IMG/VR virus record: IMGVR_UViG_3300002026_000001
Span: 32,001-96,000 of that record
DNA from: a virus
DNA length: 64,000 nt
Strand: one strand, 5' to 3'
The notes under the pieces were generated by a model. That model had not been told where the DNA came from. It did not search any database and was given only the letters and a program-made list of their open reading frames with translations. A program made the position numbers and the translations under genes. Position 1 is the stretch's first letter; every line of letters begins with the position of its first letter. Of this stretch, positions 45,059 through 54,796 are shown one piece after another.

Positions 45059-45811
45059 TCACCTGATTTTGATTTTGATCTTGCCAGCAGACTCACTACG
45101 AGTGTAGCGGCGGAACTCTTCCGGCAACTCGGTGTCTGTGAAGTCGTCTTCGTCAGGAAGTTCTAGACGGGACATCTTGACTTTGACTGGACCTTCATCA
45201 ACGTCGTCGTCAGCAACTAGCTGAGTGACTGTCGCCTTGCGCTTGATAGGCTTGACGATGATCGGATGCGTAGACACACCACCGATAACAACACGACGAA
45301 TATCGCGGATCAACGCTGTTCCATTGGCGGTCGCTGCTTTCTGGACTTGCTTGATACACCAGTTCTTGAAGTCAACGCGCTCGGCATCGTCTTTCAAACT
45401 CGGCAACGCTTTTTCAAACTTTGACAGTGTCAGAGTCGCAGCAGAACCAACGAGCTTCGCGTAAATTTGTTCACGCGAGACTGCAACCTTTACTGGTTGA
45501 CGTGCAACAACTTTCGGTGCAACAGGTTTCGCAGCCTTCACAGGCTTTTGGATAACCGGGGTCTTCCCCTTAAACTCTTTCGCCTTATCCATCAAGCGTT
45601 CACTCTTGGGAATTGCCAGACGGAAGGTGACACCAGTAGTCAGAAGAATCTCATCTTCCGGCTTTCCTTTGAGTTCTCGCACACCAAACAAATCGTTTTT
45701 GCTGATCTTAACCTTCTCATCTTTCACGGTCACGATGGTAGCGCGTTCACTACTATAGCGCATCCAGTAAAACTTTGCCGCATCAGCAGCAGATAGTGAG
45801 AGCATGTTCAT
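45059..45811 (-). CDS. Hypothetical protein; leader MNMLSLSA
   Basis: 250 aa, Lys/Pro/Ala linker and acidic tail. Confidence 0.65.
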   Translation of the reverse strand: MNMLSLSAADAAKFYWMRYSSERATIVTVKDEKVKISKNDLFGVRELKGKPEDEILLTTGVTFRLAIPKSERLMDKAKEFKGKTPVIQKPVKAAKPVAPKVVARQPVKVAVSREQIYAKLVGSAATLTLSKFEKALPSLKDDAERVDFKNWCIKQVQKAATANGTALIRDIRRVVIGGVSTHPIIVKPIKRKATVTQLVADDDVDEGPVKVKMSRLELPDEDDFTDTELPEEFRRYTRSESAGKIKIKIR

Positions 45812-46305
45812 TCCTTAATGTCCTCGAAATTCTCGCCACCAAAAGCTAGACGCAGGTTTGCGTCTTGAACAGCCTTGTTAATGGTTTTGAGAGTTGCAGC
45901 GGGAAGACTTCCGTAACCGCTTGCAAGTGTTACGTGTGGTTCATAGGTTGGGAAACTGTGTACGGCACCAGTCGCCAACCAGTGGCGGTGACGAGCCTGA
46001 AGATCGTCAGAGTAAAGAGCAGCAACCAGATAACCCTTTTGGTCATGGCCCGGCCACTGTTTGATTGAATCGACCATAGCATCGAACTGCCGATCACCCT
46101 TCTCAGCAACATCAACAGCTATCAATTGGTGAGGTTGGTGGTAACGACTGTACATTAGCGTGCAGTGCGCTTCGTCTAGATCGAGCATAAAGTCAGGTGG
46201 CAGCAGCGGAGTGATAACGTTGAGAAGCCGACGCATTCCGTAAACGGGAGTCACACAAACATAGATGCCGGACTTTCCAGAATAACGTGTAGTTGTTTTC
46301 ATCAC
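45808..46305 (-). CDS. acb1: Anti-CBASS nuclease Acb1 (T4 gp57B-like 2H phosphoesterase)
   Basis: GIYV...HCTLMYSR...W...LVAALYSDDLQARH...GAVHSFPTYEPHVTL: both HxT motifs and flanks match T4 57B/Acb1 as recalled. Confidence 0.85.
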   Translation of the reverse strand: MMKTTTRYSGKSGIYVCVTPVYGMRRLLNVITPLLPPDFMLDLDEAHCTLMYSRYHQPHQLIAVDVAEKGDRQFDAMVDSIKQWPGHDQKGYLVAALYSDDLQARHRHWLATGAVHSFPTYEPHVTLASGYGSLPAATLKTINKAVQDANLRLAFGGENFEDIKE

Positions 46306-46796
46306 ACCACCGCCCTGTTAGCTACCTTTTGACCATGAAGTAGGACACGAACGGTGTCACTGGTCATTGTGACAATGTGTGTTATGTCTTTCACTGTCAT
46401 CCACATCGTCTTCAGCAACGACTCCGGGTAGCTGAGTGGCAGTGTATAGTTTGCACCGAAACGCAACCTACACGGGTCGATCACCATCTGACCGACCATA
46501 ACGATCCCGTGTGTTGCTTTCGATAACGAGAGTTCAATGAGTTCGTCGGCAGCATCATCACCGAGATTGAACTTTGCTCCCGTGCATTCAAAGACTTTGC
46601 AGTCAACGTCCTTGGCCCTCAGATGCTTGAACAGCTTTTTAACCAGATTCGGGTACGAATCATTGGCGTCCTTGGCCGACAACGTAGCGTGTCGTGCAAC
46701 ATTGTCGGCCATTAGAAAGCTGTTTACTTCTTTTGCAATGCTTGAGCTTTCGGACGTTAGCATCATCGCCCCAAAGTCTGTAATCAAAATTCTCAT
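46302..46796 (-). CDS. Hypothetical protein (possible degenerate papain-like fold)
   Basis: HGIVMVGQMVIDP..RF resembles the His/Asp half of transglutaminase-like folds; contains SESS and SLSK. Confidence 0.5.
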   Translation of the reverse strand: MRILITDFGAMMLTSESSSIAKEVNSFLMADNVARHATLSAKDANDSYPNLVKKLFKHLRAKDVDCKVFECTGAKFNLGDDAADELIELSLSKATHGIVMVGQMVIDPCRLRFGANYTLPLSYPESLLKTMWMTVKDITHIVTMTSDTVRVLLHGQKVANRAVV

Positions 46797-49700
46797 CTAT
46801 CTCTCCGGTCACGGTTGCGCAATGTCCGAACTATTGCCTCGTTTGCCTTGCGTTCATACGCTGCACGATTGTGAATAACTTTCTTCTTACCAGTCTTTGT
46901 TGTTGCATAGGGTTCAATTCTGGAGAAGTCTCGACTTAGGATAGGAACGCGACCACCACGTTCTGCAAGTACTGATGAACGTATCTTTCCAGTTGGATCG
47001 GCAGCAGCCAACGCAACAAGTTGATTCGCGGCCATCACGTCTTGTGCAGACGACTCACTCTCTTCACCGGCAGCAGGTTTCGGAGCCAATGCGGTAATCT
47101 TCTTCAGGTACTCTGCGACACGCTTGCGCATGTCAATATCTTCGTCTTGCTGGCGAACAAGTGTGTCAATGTCCATGCCACCGGCAGCAGCCAACATACG
47201 AAGTGGAACCGGGATTCCCTTCTCAGTCATCCCGTTAAGCATTTCCATATAAGCAGTGTCGCCTTCGGGTTTCAGTTGCTTGTTCCAATGGACGCTTGGC
47301 ACAAACAACTTGCTGCTATCGTTGAGTTGCTGCAATGCTTCTTCGCTCGTAACCTGCGATACGAGGTTTTCTTGAATTGACAGACGGCCGTTCTTAGTCG
47401 TGAACCCATTGATGAGTGAAATCAGCGGGAACAGCTTGTTGTAGAACAGCTTTCGCGTCATCATGTCGCGGAACGTGCGGATCGTGTCCAAGAATACAGA
47501 CAGGGCTGCATCGCCGGTTGAGTAGTTTGCGTCGCCGGAATTATGGACAACGTACCCATTGGCGACGAATGCTGGAACCTTACCGGGTTCGATGCTTAGG
47601 TCGTACACGTGCTCGACACCGTCGTCCTCAACAGACACAACAGGGTCAAACACGTACCTAAGTTTGAACAAGTCTCGGATGTTTTCAAACATGTCGTCAC
47701 TAATATCCTGAACGACATATAAGAAGTCGTCAACCAGACCCTTCTCTATGGAGTGGTATGGAAGAATCCCATTCCGAGGGTTTGATATTGATCCAACGAC
47801 GCTTGTCACCCGACCTGCAAACTTCTCAACTAGCACGTCTTCACCGGCGTCATTCTTAAACCACGCACCAACGTTTGGCTCAAACTTGATAAACCGTTGT
47901 TGGAACATTTCAGAGATCGCACGAGTCGGTATACCAGAGCAACGACCGTGTGCAGAAACCACGTCGAAGAACACGTCACTCTTGTATCCAACCATGTACG
48001 GTTGAAGGCCAAAGTACAGGTCAGACGCAACGCTCGGGCGAACATAGAGCCGCTTGTCTCGGACAATAGACTGGTATCCAAGATCAGCAAGAATGATCTT
48101 AGCCTGACTCAGCAGGTTTTTACTCCTGCTGCACAGGATGATTTCTATTGACGTTCCGTTGCCCAACACTTTCTGTTTGATGCTGCCGTCGCCTTCAATG
48201 AATCCTGCAAGGAACGCCAAACGTTGTTCAACGCCACTAGACAAGATTGAATGCGGGACTTGCTTGTTGTAAGACGGGTATTTACCGTTCTCACCCCAAA
48301 GGTCCACGGAAAAGTCAACCCCAAGTTGTTGCAGAGTGTCGCACAAAACAACGCTACTAACGGACATGTCCGTCGTCGCAACATTTGAATTGCAAACTCG
48401 TCCATTTATACATAGGGCGTCTTCACCAGCCGCTTCGTACTTTGTTTCTGAGACGTGGACTCCCAAACCTTCAAGAATAGACTTGGCCTTTCCAAGCAAC
48501 GCGGCCTCACTGTTGCTTATGCGGACACGGTTTTTGTCAACACACCCTTCCGCTAGGATCAGTCCAAGCAACCAAGCAAGGTCGGTCGTCATCTTGTCCG
48601 GAACCGTTATGATTGCCGAACTGTTGTCCATCCTACTTTTAACGTACTGAGGTAAATCTAGCGGCTGGTTTACAACGTCAGTCCTTGTCAGATCACCGCA
48701 TAGAAAGTCGGTGGTTGAAAGCTTGCCAACCTTTTTCCACACCAGATTTAAGGTGCGCCCCAACGTTAGGACTTTGTGCTTTTTGGTCCCACGAACATAG
48801 CCGCCGCTCGCGGTTGTGACTTTTGAGACTTTTGACTTTCCACGGTAGTACCACTTCTTGGCTCGAACAAGTTCGTTGTCAAACCCACGGACTGGAATGT
48901 CAATGTCAAAGCCTTCGTCTTTCTTCAGTCCATTTCGACTGCATATCTCGTCAAGACGTTGTAAGCCGGTTTCAGTTGGGACCAGCATGTCACCAGTCAA
49001 ACACAAGAACGCTTCGCTGATACCCAATGCGCGTAGTTTGTGGTTCAGGACTGAATCATTAAAGTCTGTCGACTTCCAAAACTCACCGCCTTGTCGAATC
49101 TCTTCAACTGACACACCCATGCGCGTTGCAATGATCGCACCAAGCGGATCGCTGTCTGCACCTTGAAAAAGTTCAGTGATAAATTCCATGTCTTGCACAG
49201 AAGGAATCCACTGATCACCATCACCAAGTGTGACGTGCATGATGCCACGCTGACGTCTTGCGCTTTCAACCAGCGTACCACGGAACAGATTCTTCTCAAT
49301 CAAATAGATCGGAAGAATCCGACGCAAGTAACTGGTGCCAGTGTCGTTTGCAGAAAACGTGCGACGTGGAATGAAGATTGTCGACAGTGGATCAAGCTCC
49401 ATCGACCCTTTCATTATCGCATTGACGACAGACGGGCCAAGGTGTTCACGAATACGCTTGATGCGTGGACTGTCCGTCCGGCCCATAATGTCAATGACCG
49501 ACTTCTGAAACGTGACGTTGATGATAGGGTCTTGACTGTAGAATGGCAGTGGTTCAATTGTCAGCGAGTCAATCGGGTGCGGGAGCACGTCCGTGAATGT
49601 GCGCTTCTCTTTGTTGTACAGCAAACTAGAACAATGCTTGCCCATCACCAAATAGTCGACGGACATTTCTGGAAGAAGTGTTCGCAGATTAAGTCGCTCT

Positions 49701-50113
49701 AGCACTTCCTCGTAAGCGTGGTGGACTTTACGCAAGTCACCACGCTGTGTTGCAAGGCCACCCAAACTGAATTCGCTAAACGGCAGCGACGAAATCAAAT
49801 CGACTGCACAACCCGCAACAGATTCGTTGAAGTAAATGTCTTTATAGACAATGTGCAAAGCCCGTTCCGTCTGCGGAGTCAAACCCATCAACATCGGATC
49901 GACGTCAATAGTGATTGCGTTTCCCGCTACCGTTCCATTGGGCGTACCGGACATCTGCATAGCGACGTTTGACTGTGATGACCAACGGTCAGACGTTTCT
50001 GTTGCGTTGTCGAGTTTTCTTGAGTTCGTGCCTAGCGATGAATTTTGTAATGGCTTGCTTGATTGTCTCACTGCGCTTATAGCGGAGTAGCCGCTTTTTG
50101 ACACTTTAAACAT
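46793..50113 (-). CDS. Portal protein containing an intein (about 618 aa after splicing)
   Basis: YKDIYF..SVAGCAVDLISSLPFS portal-type N-terminus; follows TerL; internal HINT/LAGLIDADG insert. Confidence 0.8.
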   Translation of the reverse strand: MFKVSKSGYSAISAVRQSSKPLQNSSLGTNSRKLDNATETSDRWSSQSNVAMQMSGTPNGTVAGNAITIDVDPMLMGLTPQTERALHIVYKDIYFNESVAGCAVDLISSLPFSEFSLGGLATQRGDLRKVHHAYEEVLERLNLRTLLPEMSVDYLVMGKHCSSLLYNKEKRTFTDVLPHPIDSLTIEPLPFYSQDPIINVTFQKSVIDIMGRTDSPRIKRIREHLGPSVVNAIMKGSMELDPLSTIFIPRRTFSANDTGTSYLRRILPIYLIEKNLFRGTLVESARRQRGIMHVTLGDGDQWIPSVQDMEFITELFQGADSDPLGAIIATRMGVSVEEIRQGGEFWKSTDFNDSVLNHKLRALGISEAFLCLTGDMLVPTETGLQRLDEICSRNGLKKDEGFDIDIPVRGFDNELVRAKKWYYRGKSKVSKVTTASGGYVRGTKKHKVLTLGRTLNLVWKKVGKLSTTDFLCGDLTRTDVVNQPLDLPQYVKSRMDNSSAIITVPDKMTTDLAWLLGLILAEGCVDKNRVRISNSEAALLGKAKSILEGLGVHVSETKYEAAGEDALCINGRVCNSNVATTDMSVSSVVLCDTLQQLGVDFSVDLWGENGKYPSYNKQVPHSILSSGVEQRLAFLAGFIEGDGSIKQKVLGNGTSIEIILCSRSKNLLSQAKIILADLGYQSIVRDKRLYVRPSVASDLYFGLQPYMVGYKSDVFFDVVSAHGRCSGIPTRAISEMFQQRFIKFEPNVGAWFKNDAGEDVLVEKFAGRVTSVVGSISNPRNGILPYHSIEKGLVDDFLYVVQDISDDMFENIRDLFKLRYVFDPVVSVEDDGVEHVYDLSIEPGKVPAFVANGYVVHNSGDANYSTGDAALSVFLDTIRTFRDMMTRKLFYNKLFPLISLINGFTTKNGRLSIQENLVSQVTSEEALQQLNDSSKLFVPSVHWNKQLKPEGDTAYMEMLNGMTEKGIPVPLRMLAAAGGMDIDTLVRQQDEDIDMRKRVAEYLKKITALAPKPAAGEESESSAQDVMAANQLVALAAADPTGKIRSSVLAERGGRVPILSRDFSRIEPYATTKTGKKKVIHNRAAYERKANEAIVRTLRNRDRRDR
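47540..49003 (-). mobile_element. Intein (488 aa) with LAGLIDADG homing endonuclease in the portal
   Basis: EAFL|CLTGD...VYDLSIEPGKVPAFVANGYVVHN|SGDANY; LLGLILAEG and FLAGFIEGDG endonuclease motifs; Ser at +1. Confidence 0.92.
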
Positions 50114-50122
50114 GATGCGTCC

Positions 50123-50326
50123 TCAAGCTGGAATGGGCTGGCTAACTCGGCAATTGACACAGTAGTAAACTTGCGCACCTTCAACGGTGGCGGTGCCAAA
50201 CGGATTCTTACATTTTGGACAGACACCTTGAACGTCATTCATTAAAGATGATTCTGACGTCAACGGATGCTCTGCTTGGTCCTGTTCAAAAGACTTTGCA
50301 TTTGTCAATGGGTTGAAAATTGTCAT
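50123..50326 (-). CDS. Small Zn-ribbon protein
   Basis: CPKC...YYCVNC; AGGAG RBS; contains TSESS. Confidence 0.7.
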   Translation of the reverse strand: MTIFNPLTNAKSFEQDQAEHPLTSESSLMNDVQGVCPKCKNPFGTATVEGAQVYYCVNCRVSQPIPA

Positions 50327-50355
50327 GGTCGGTACACTCCTAGATGTTCGATTTT

Positions 50356-50362
50356 AAATTAG
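50356..50362 (-). promoter_or_regulatory. Putative phage promoter element CTAATTT
   Basis: Intergenic, upstream of the Zn-ribbon-portal operon. Confidence 0.5.
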
Positions 50363-50364
50363 CG

Positions 50365-52545
50365 TCAACCGCCACGTTGACGCAGTATCCCGATTGACGA
50401 TGCTTGTCCACCGCCACCGCTGTTCTTGCTACTTCCGCCACCACTGTAATTCCGTGACACGATCATTGTTGAAACGTCGTATTGCTGAGTGACAGCTTCT
50501 TCTGGACCTGAGAACAATTCAGCATTTGCTTCGTCAATCAACATGCGGAAGCATAGCATGACCGCACGCGCAATATCGTCTGTCAACTCATCGCCTTTGA
50601 TGACTGCTGATCCAGTATCTTGGACAGTCAACAATTGCAAGACCAAGTGATCTGCCGGTGTTTTCTTGAAGCATTCAGGATAGTCGCTGTGAATGTACTC
50701 AAGGATTTCTTTGACCGGCTTGGTGGGAAGCGGCAATTGGACTTGCTTGTCTTCAATGTATGACTTGAAGAGTTGCATGTCCGCGTACTTCAAACTGTAT
50801 TGCTGCTTTACGATTCCAAACTCTTGCTCCATGTCGGCAAGCACTTTGAGACTGTTCCATCGGTCGGCACAAGCAAACACAATGTTGCGGTGTGTGATAA
50901 TGTCGGTCAGCAACTCACTGTACATCTTACTGTGGTTGATGCGTATACCGGGTTGCGGCATGACTTCACCAACGACAGATATTGTCGGGTAACCGTTTGG
51001 ACTCAGGTGACCAACTGCAAATGCAAAGCTGTTGCCGGAGTAACCAGCATCAAGTGCAAGACACGAACGTTTTCCAGACCGTGTGATGTCTGCCAACTCT
51101 GCATACAATTCAGAGTTGGATTTATCACGAGCCTTTAGATATTTGTACGTCAGCTTCAGACTGTTCTTACGCTTTGAGAACACTGCTTCAATCTTTTCAG
51201 GTGATGCAATGAACGGACTGTTCGTCAACGGAGGCTGCGCACCATAATCTCGCATCGCCGCAATCGGGTCTTTCTTAAACTCTTCTGCAAGTGCTGACTT
51301 TGGAACCTTTGGATTCATGCGCCACGTCGGTTCGTTCAAACCAAGAATGCGTTTTGATCCTTGTGCCTTGCTGACAAGTTCCATGATCTTGTCACGCATT
51401 GACGACGGCGACGAAATGTTGATGAAGTAGGCAAATGGAACATTGTAGAACCCACGCTTGATGACGTCTCTAGCGGCAGCACGAATGGTGAGCAACGAGC
51501 GTTCGAGAGCGATGTACACTTCGTTCGCGTTCATCTTGATGTTCTTTGCTGCCTCGGCGCTGTTCGGAAACCAACCTAGTTCGTCGATGCCAGCCATATA
51601 TCTGGTACGCCCACGTAGTACTCTTTTGTCTGGACCAGCGGGGTATATGGCAATGTTGCGGTGGCGATATTGCACAAACGTGTCTTTCAGCTTGTACACT
51701 TCCTCACCATGCTTGTTGCCAACCATATCCAGCATGTCGTGATACGCGGAGAACCACGGGCTGTCCAGCAAGTTGCCATAGAACGGATCGTACAACGTGT
51801 CCTTGGCCTGTGCATAGGTCAATGCAACAAACGTCCCTTGTAGCACCGACGCTTTAAGAACACCGTACACTTCGTTCGGTCGTTCAAGCTTGATAAGTCG
51901 GTGCGTCAAGTACGAACCCATCATACCAACAAGAGCGGATTTACCAGAACGCTGTCCGGCGCTCAGTGCAATTTCGTAGTACGGATTCAGTTGACCAGTT
52001 TTGAAGAAGTGACGTTTGGTCTTCTGGCAATGGGGACACTTACCGTGTTCCAGCAGTGCGACCTTATTGACAAACTTTGCCAGCGAGTCGTTCACCTTCC
52101 ACCCATGTTCCACCCATTCGACGTCTGAACAGTCTGGACAGTACTCTGAGAATAGCCGTGTTCCGATCAGTGCTTGAGCAACGAACGGCTTTTGATTGAG
52201 AAACTCGTCAGAAACACACCACGTGTAAAAGTTTGGTGCTTCCTTGAAGTCGCCTTCTGGAATCTTGATGTCTGGACTGACAATGCGCTTATCGTTCAGC
52301 ACCGCTTTGATTGTTTCAAACACGTCGAACCCGCCAAGAAGCTCATACGGGTCGGAAAGTTTGGGTAGATTTTTCTTGGGCGTAAACGACGCAAAAGGCA
52401 GATCGAGAGCTTGGCTCAAGATGTCTGCCTCTTGCATGGATGATTGCTTTGTTCGTTTGTATCTGCTGCACACAAATATCACTGACTTGTGTGGGTCTTT
52501 ACAAGCAGTGAAGTTGTGACAGCTTAAACAATTGTGGTTGGACAT
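50365..52545 (-). CDS. terL: Terminase large subunit
   Basis: Walker A AGQRSGKS, Walker B MAGIDE, coupling ISSP, RNase H-like LALDAG...D..D; Cys-rich N-terminus. Confidence 0.9.
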   Translation of the reverse strand: MSNHNCLSCHNFTACKDPHKSVIFVCSRYKRTKQSSMQEADILSQALDLPFASFTPKKNLPKLSDPYELLGGFDVFETIKAVLNDKRIVSPDIKIPEGDFKEAPNFYTWCVSDEFLNQKPFVAQALIGTRLFSEYCPDCSDVEWVEHGWKVNDSLAKFVNKVALLEHGKCPHCQKTKRHFFKTGQLNPYYEIALSAGQRSGKSALVGMMGSYLTHRLIKLERPNEVYGVLKASVLQGTFVALTYAQAKDTLYDPFYGNLLDSPWFSAYHDMLDMVGNKHGEEVYKLKDTFVQYRHRNIAIYPAGPDKRVLRGRTRYMAGIDELGWFPNSAEAAKNIKMNANEVYIALERSLLTIRAAARDVIKRGFYNVPFAYFINISSPSSMRDKIMELVSKAQGSKRILGLNEPTWRMNPKVPKSALAEEFKKDPIAAMRDYGAQPPLTNSPFIASPEKIEAVFSKRKNSLKLTYKYLKARDKSNSELYAELADITRSGKRSCLALDAGYSGNSFAFAVGHLSPNGYPTISVVGEVMPQPGIRINHSKMYSELLTDIITHRNIVFACADRWNSLKVLADMEQEFGIVKQQYSLKYADMQLFKSYIEDKQVQLPLPTKPVKEILEYIHSDYPECFKKTPADHLVLQLLTVQDTGSAVIKGDELTDDIARAVMLCFRMLIDEANAELFSGPEEAVTQQYDVSTMIVSRNYSGGGSSKNSGGGGQASSIGILRQRGG

Positions 52546-52560
52546 GACGTCCTCCGGTTC

Positions 52561-52659
52561 TTACATCTTGAGGTACTTCAAAACCATTGCCAGAAGTACC
52601 CCGACCACTGTTGACTTCAACAGAATTTTTGACGCGTCCTTGATTCGAGCCTTGTTCAT
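52561..52659 (-). CDS. 32-aa membrane peptide MNKARIKDASKILLKSTVVGVLLAMVLKYLKM, absent from the ORF track
   Basis: ATGA overlap with the upstream stop; fills the gap before terL. Confidence 0.55.
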   Translation of the reverse strand: MNKARIKDASKILLKSTVVGVLLAMVLKYLKM

Positions 52660-53312
52660 CTTGGTTTCCGTTTGCGTTTAATTGCGGCGGTTGGACCCGC
52701 GCTTTGTTCGGGCTTCTCGTTCGTGTGCGTGGTCATCTTGTTGGCTTTTCTTTCGTACACGACGGCTTGTAGTTCTCGCATCTGCTGTTGGTGCGTCTGG
52801 ACCTTGTTCGTTTCAATCAACTTCAAAACAGCTTGTTCAGCAAGCTTGTCAGAGAAGTGGTTGACAAACCTTTTCTTGACTGACACAGGCAACCTGCTGT
52901 GCTTGACGAAGTGCATCACGACATTGAGATACCCGACGAAGTCGACGCAATCACGAAGACCGCCGTCAAAGTCGATTTCAATGTCTAGACCTTCCTTCAG
53001 TGCGGCACGGGCGTACCCGGTGCTTGTTTCATAGGACAGGAGAAGTGGAAGTAAGTGGCGAAGGAAAAGCTGATTCAACCGACTAGTATCCTTCTCCATA
53101 GTCGCTGCGACCATGCTCAACACATTCTTTGGAACGTTGACCACGTTTGCGTACTCAACTCCATCTGGTGCAGCGTCCCGACTTGTAGAAACACGCATGG
53201 GTGGAATTGAACGTGGTCGTGCACGCTTTAACGATGGCGCTGCACGGGGGTTGCGCACTTCCATGTTGTCCAGTGCATCGTCAACCATACCAAAGATTTC
53301 ATCTGTTCTCAT
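52656..53312 (-). CDS. Hypothetical protein (candidate small terminase subunit)
   Basis: Helical and basic 218 aa upstream of terL; function inferred from position only. Confidence 0.4.
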   Translation of the reverse strand: MRTDEIFGMVDDALDNMEVRNPRAAPSLKRARPRSIPPMRVSTSRDAAPDGVEYANVVNVPKNVLSMVAATMEKDTSRLNQLFLRHLLPLLLSYETSTGYARAALKEGLDIEIDFDGGLRDCVDFVGYLNVVMHFVKHSRLPVSVKKRFVNHFSDKLAEQAVLKLIETNKVQTHQQQMRELQAVVYERKANKMTTHTNEKPEQSAGPTAAIKRKRKPR

Positions 53313-53325
53313 TTTGTTTATCCGT

Positions 53326-53811
53326 TCAGTCTAGGTAAATGCGTTGACGCCTATTTGTGCGTTTTGAAATATCTGCTGCACGCCAAGCCATGCGCGTTGC
53401 GATCATCTTCTGCACTGGGCCTGACAGTGGTTTCCACTTGGCAGGAAGACGACTACGAAGGTAGCCAGTCTTTTTATCCAAGATCAAGACTCCACAACCA
53501 AGCTCTTTGAAACGAACGAAATGCCGCTCTAAGGCGGCACTCGTTTCTTCAGTGAAGACGAAGTAGAACCTATTGCACACTTGTAAGTACTCCAGCCACT
53601 TACCTTTCTTGTCGTCAGTGCTGAAGTCTGAAACGCATGACTTTATCTCACAAACGATTATCTCAGTCTTCAGGTTGATTGCAATAATGTCGGCTCTGTA
53701 CTTACCCCACTTCACAATACCTAGTTCGTGGTGACACGCAAAGCCTTTCTTCAACCAATAACTGTCGGCTGCTTTACGCAACCCAAGTGCTACTTCTTTG
53801 CGCGTCGCCAT
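53326..53811 (-). CDS. MmcB-like PD-(D/E)xK endonuclease
   Basis: HHEL..RADIIA...IVCEIKS..SDF..D..KW.EY...CNRFYF. Confidence 0.75.
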   Translation of the reverse strand: MATRKEVALGLRKAADSYWLKKGFACHHELGIVKWGKYRADIIAINLKTEIIVCEIKSCVSDFSTDDKKGKWLEYLQVCNRFYFVFTEETSAALERHFVRFKELGCGVLILDKKTGYLRSRLPAKWKPLSGPVQKMIATRMAWRAADISKRTNRRQRIYLD

Positions 53812-53813
53812 GA

Positions 53814-53957
53814 CTACCACCAAGATATTGAAAGCTGTTCGGCCAACTCAACGAGTTTGAACACACCGGCCCAACATAAAACAATAGCCACGACTAAACC
53901 AACAAAATCAACCGCTGTCATTGGTGGGTCTTCACCCTCCGAAACTCCCTTATACAT
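53814..53957 (-). CDS. Small membrane protein
   Basis: TM FVGLVVAIVLCWAGVF; start at MYKG. Confidence 0.5.
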   Translation of the reverse strand: MYKGVSEGEDPPMTAVDFVGLVVAIVLCWAGVFKLVELAEQLSISWW

Positions 53958-53961
53958 TTCA

Positions 53962-54364
53962 TCACCTGTGTAAATTGTTTTGAATAGCCTGTCCAAGCAT
54001 GTACATTTCAGAACTAAAACGTGCATTCAGCGTGTCTAAAACTACCTTTCCTATCCCGGCCTTGACAACATCTTGAACCATATTGTTTATGGTCTCTGCG
54101 TTATCCTTGAAGTGCTGCTTGACGGCTTCATCGACAGCATCCTTCAGAAGATTACGAACCAAGACAGTTATGAAAGGCTCGGCAGCAGTTGCGGGTGCTC
54201 CATAACGATCAAGCTCTTTACGTCCCCTCAAAGAAAGCCTTTTGAATACCTTGTTCAACGAGACGCTTCAGTGCATCGTGGTCAATCAGATCACCAATCT
54301 GTTCCTTGATGCGGTCGGTCATCTTTTCTTCAAAGGTCTTTGCTGCTACCACGTCTGTAGTCAT
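53962..54364 (-). pseudogene. Single gene apparently split by a 1-nt insertion in a G4 run (54224-54227); 133 aa if corrected
   Basis: MTTDVVAAKTFEEK...QKAFFE reads straight into GRKELDRYG... if one G is removed; the downstream ORF lacks its own convincing start. Confidence 0.55.
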
Positions 54365-54413
54365 TATGTCATTTCCTATTATGGTTGATCCTGTACCAAA
54401 TTGGTATAAGAGG

Positions 54414-54782
54414 TTAGCACGGCGCTCCGCAGTTTGGGCAATTTGTATGAGAACTGCCAACGTGAGTTCCGCAATACTTACAGGGCGGAGTTGTCACGAC
54501 AATTGTTTTTGGCTCTGGTCCATCGTCAGAGAGTGGAACCCAATTGCTATCAACGTAAACATACATCTGAGAGTTGGAGTTGTTGAAGACCAAGTCCCCG
54601 ACGCACGGGTTCGTTGGGAAAACATCTATTGCTGAAAACACCAGCCGTTGATTTGTCTCGATTGAGCTTGGAACGTGCTCAACGGTTGCCGCGACTGCCG
54701 GTGAAGGAAACCCACGTGCAATCGCTGGTGCCGCAAGCAGAGACGCAAACGATTTCAACATAGAACGTCTAGAGAACTGCAT
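54414..54782 (-). CDS. Protein with twin-arginine (Tat)-like signal and C-terminal Zn ribbon
   Basis: MQFSRRSMLKSFASLLAAPAIA...; CKYCG...CPNCGAPC; GGAGG RBS. Confidence 0.6.
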   Translation of the reverse strand: MQFSRRSMLKSFASLLAAPAIARGFPSPAVAATVEHVPSSIETNQRLVFSAIDVFPTNPCVGDLVFNNSNSQMYVYVDSNWVPLSDDGPEPKTIVVTTPPCKYCGTHVGSSHTNCPNCGAPC

Positions 54783-54796
54783 TGCCCTCCTCCCAA

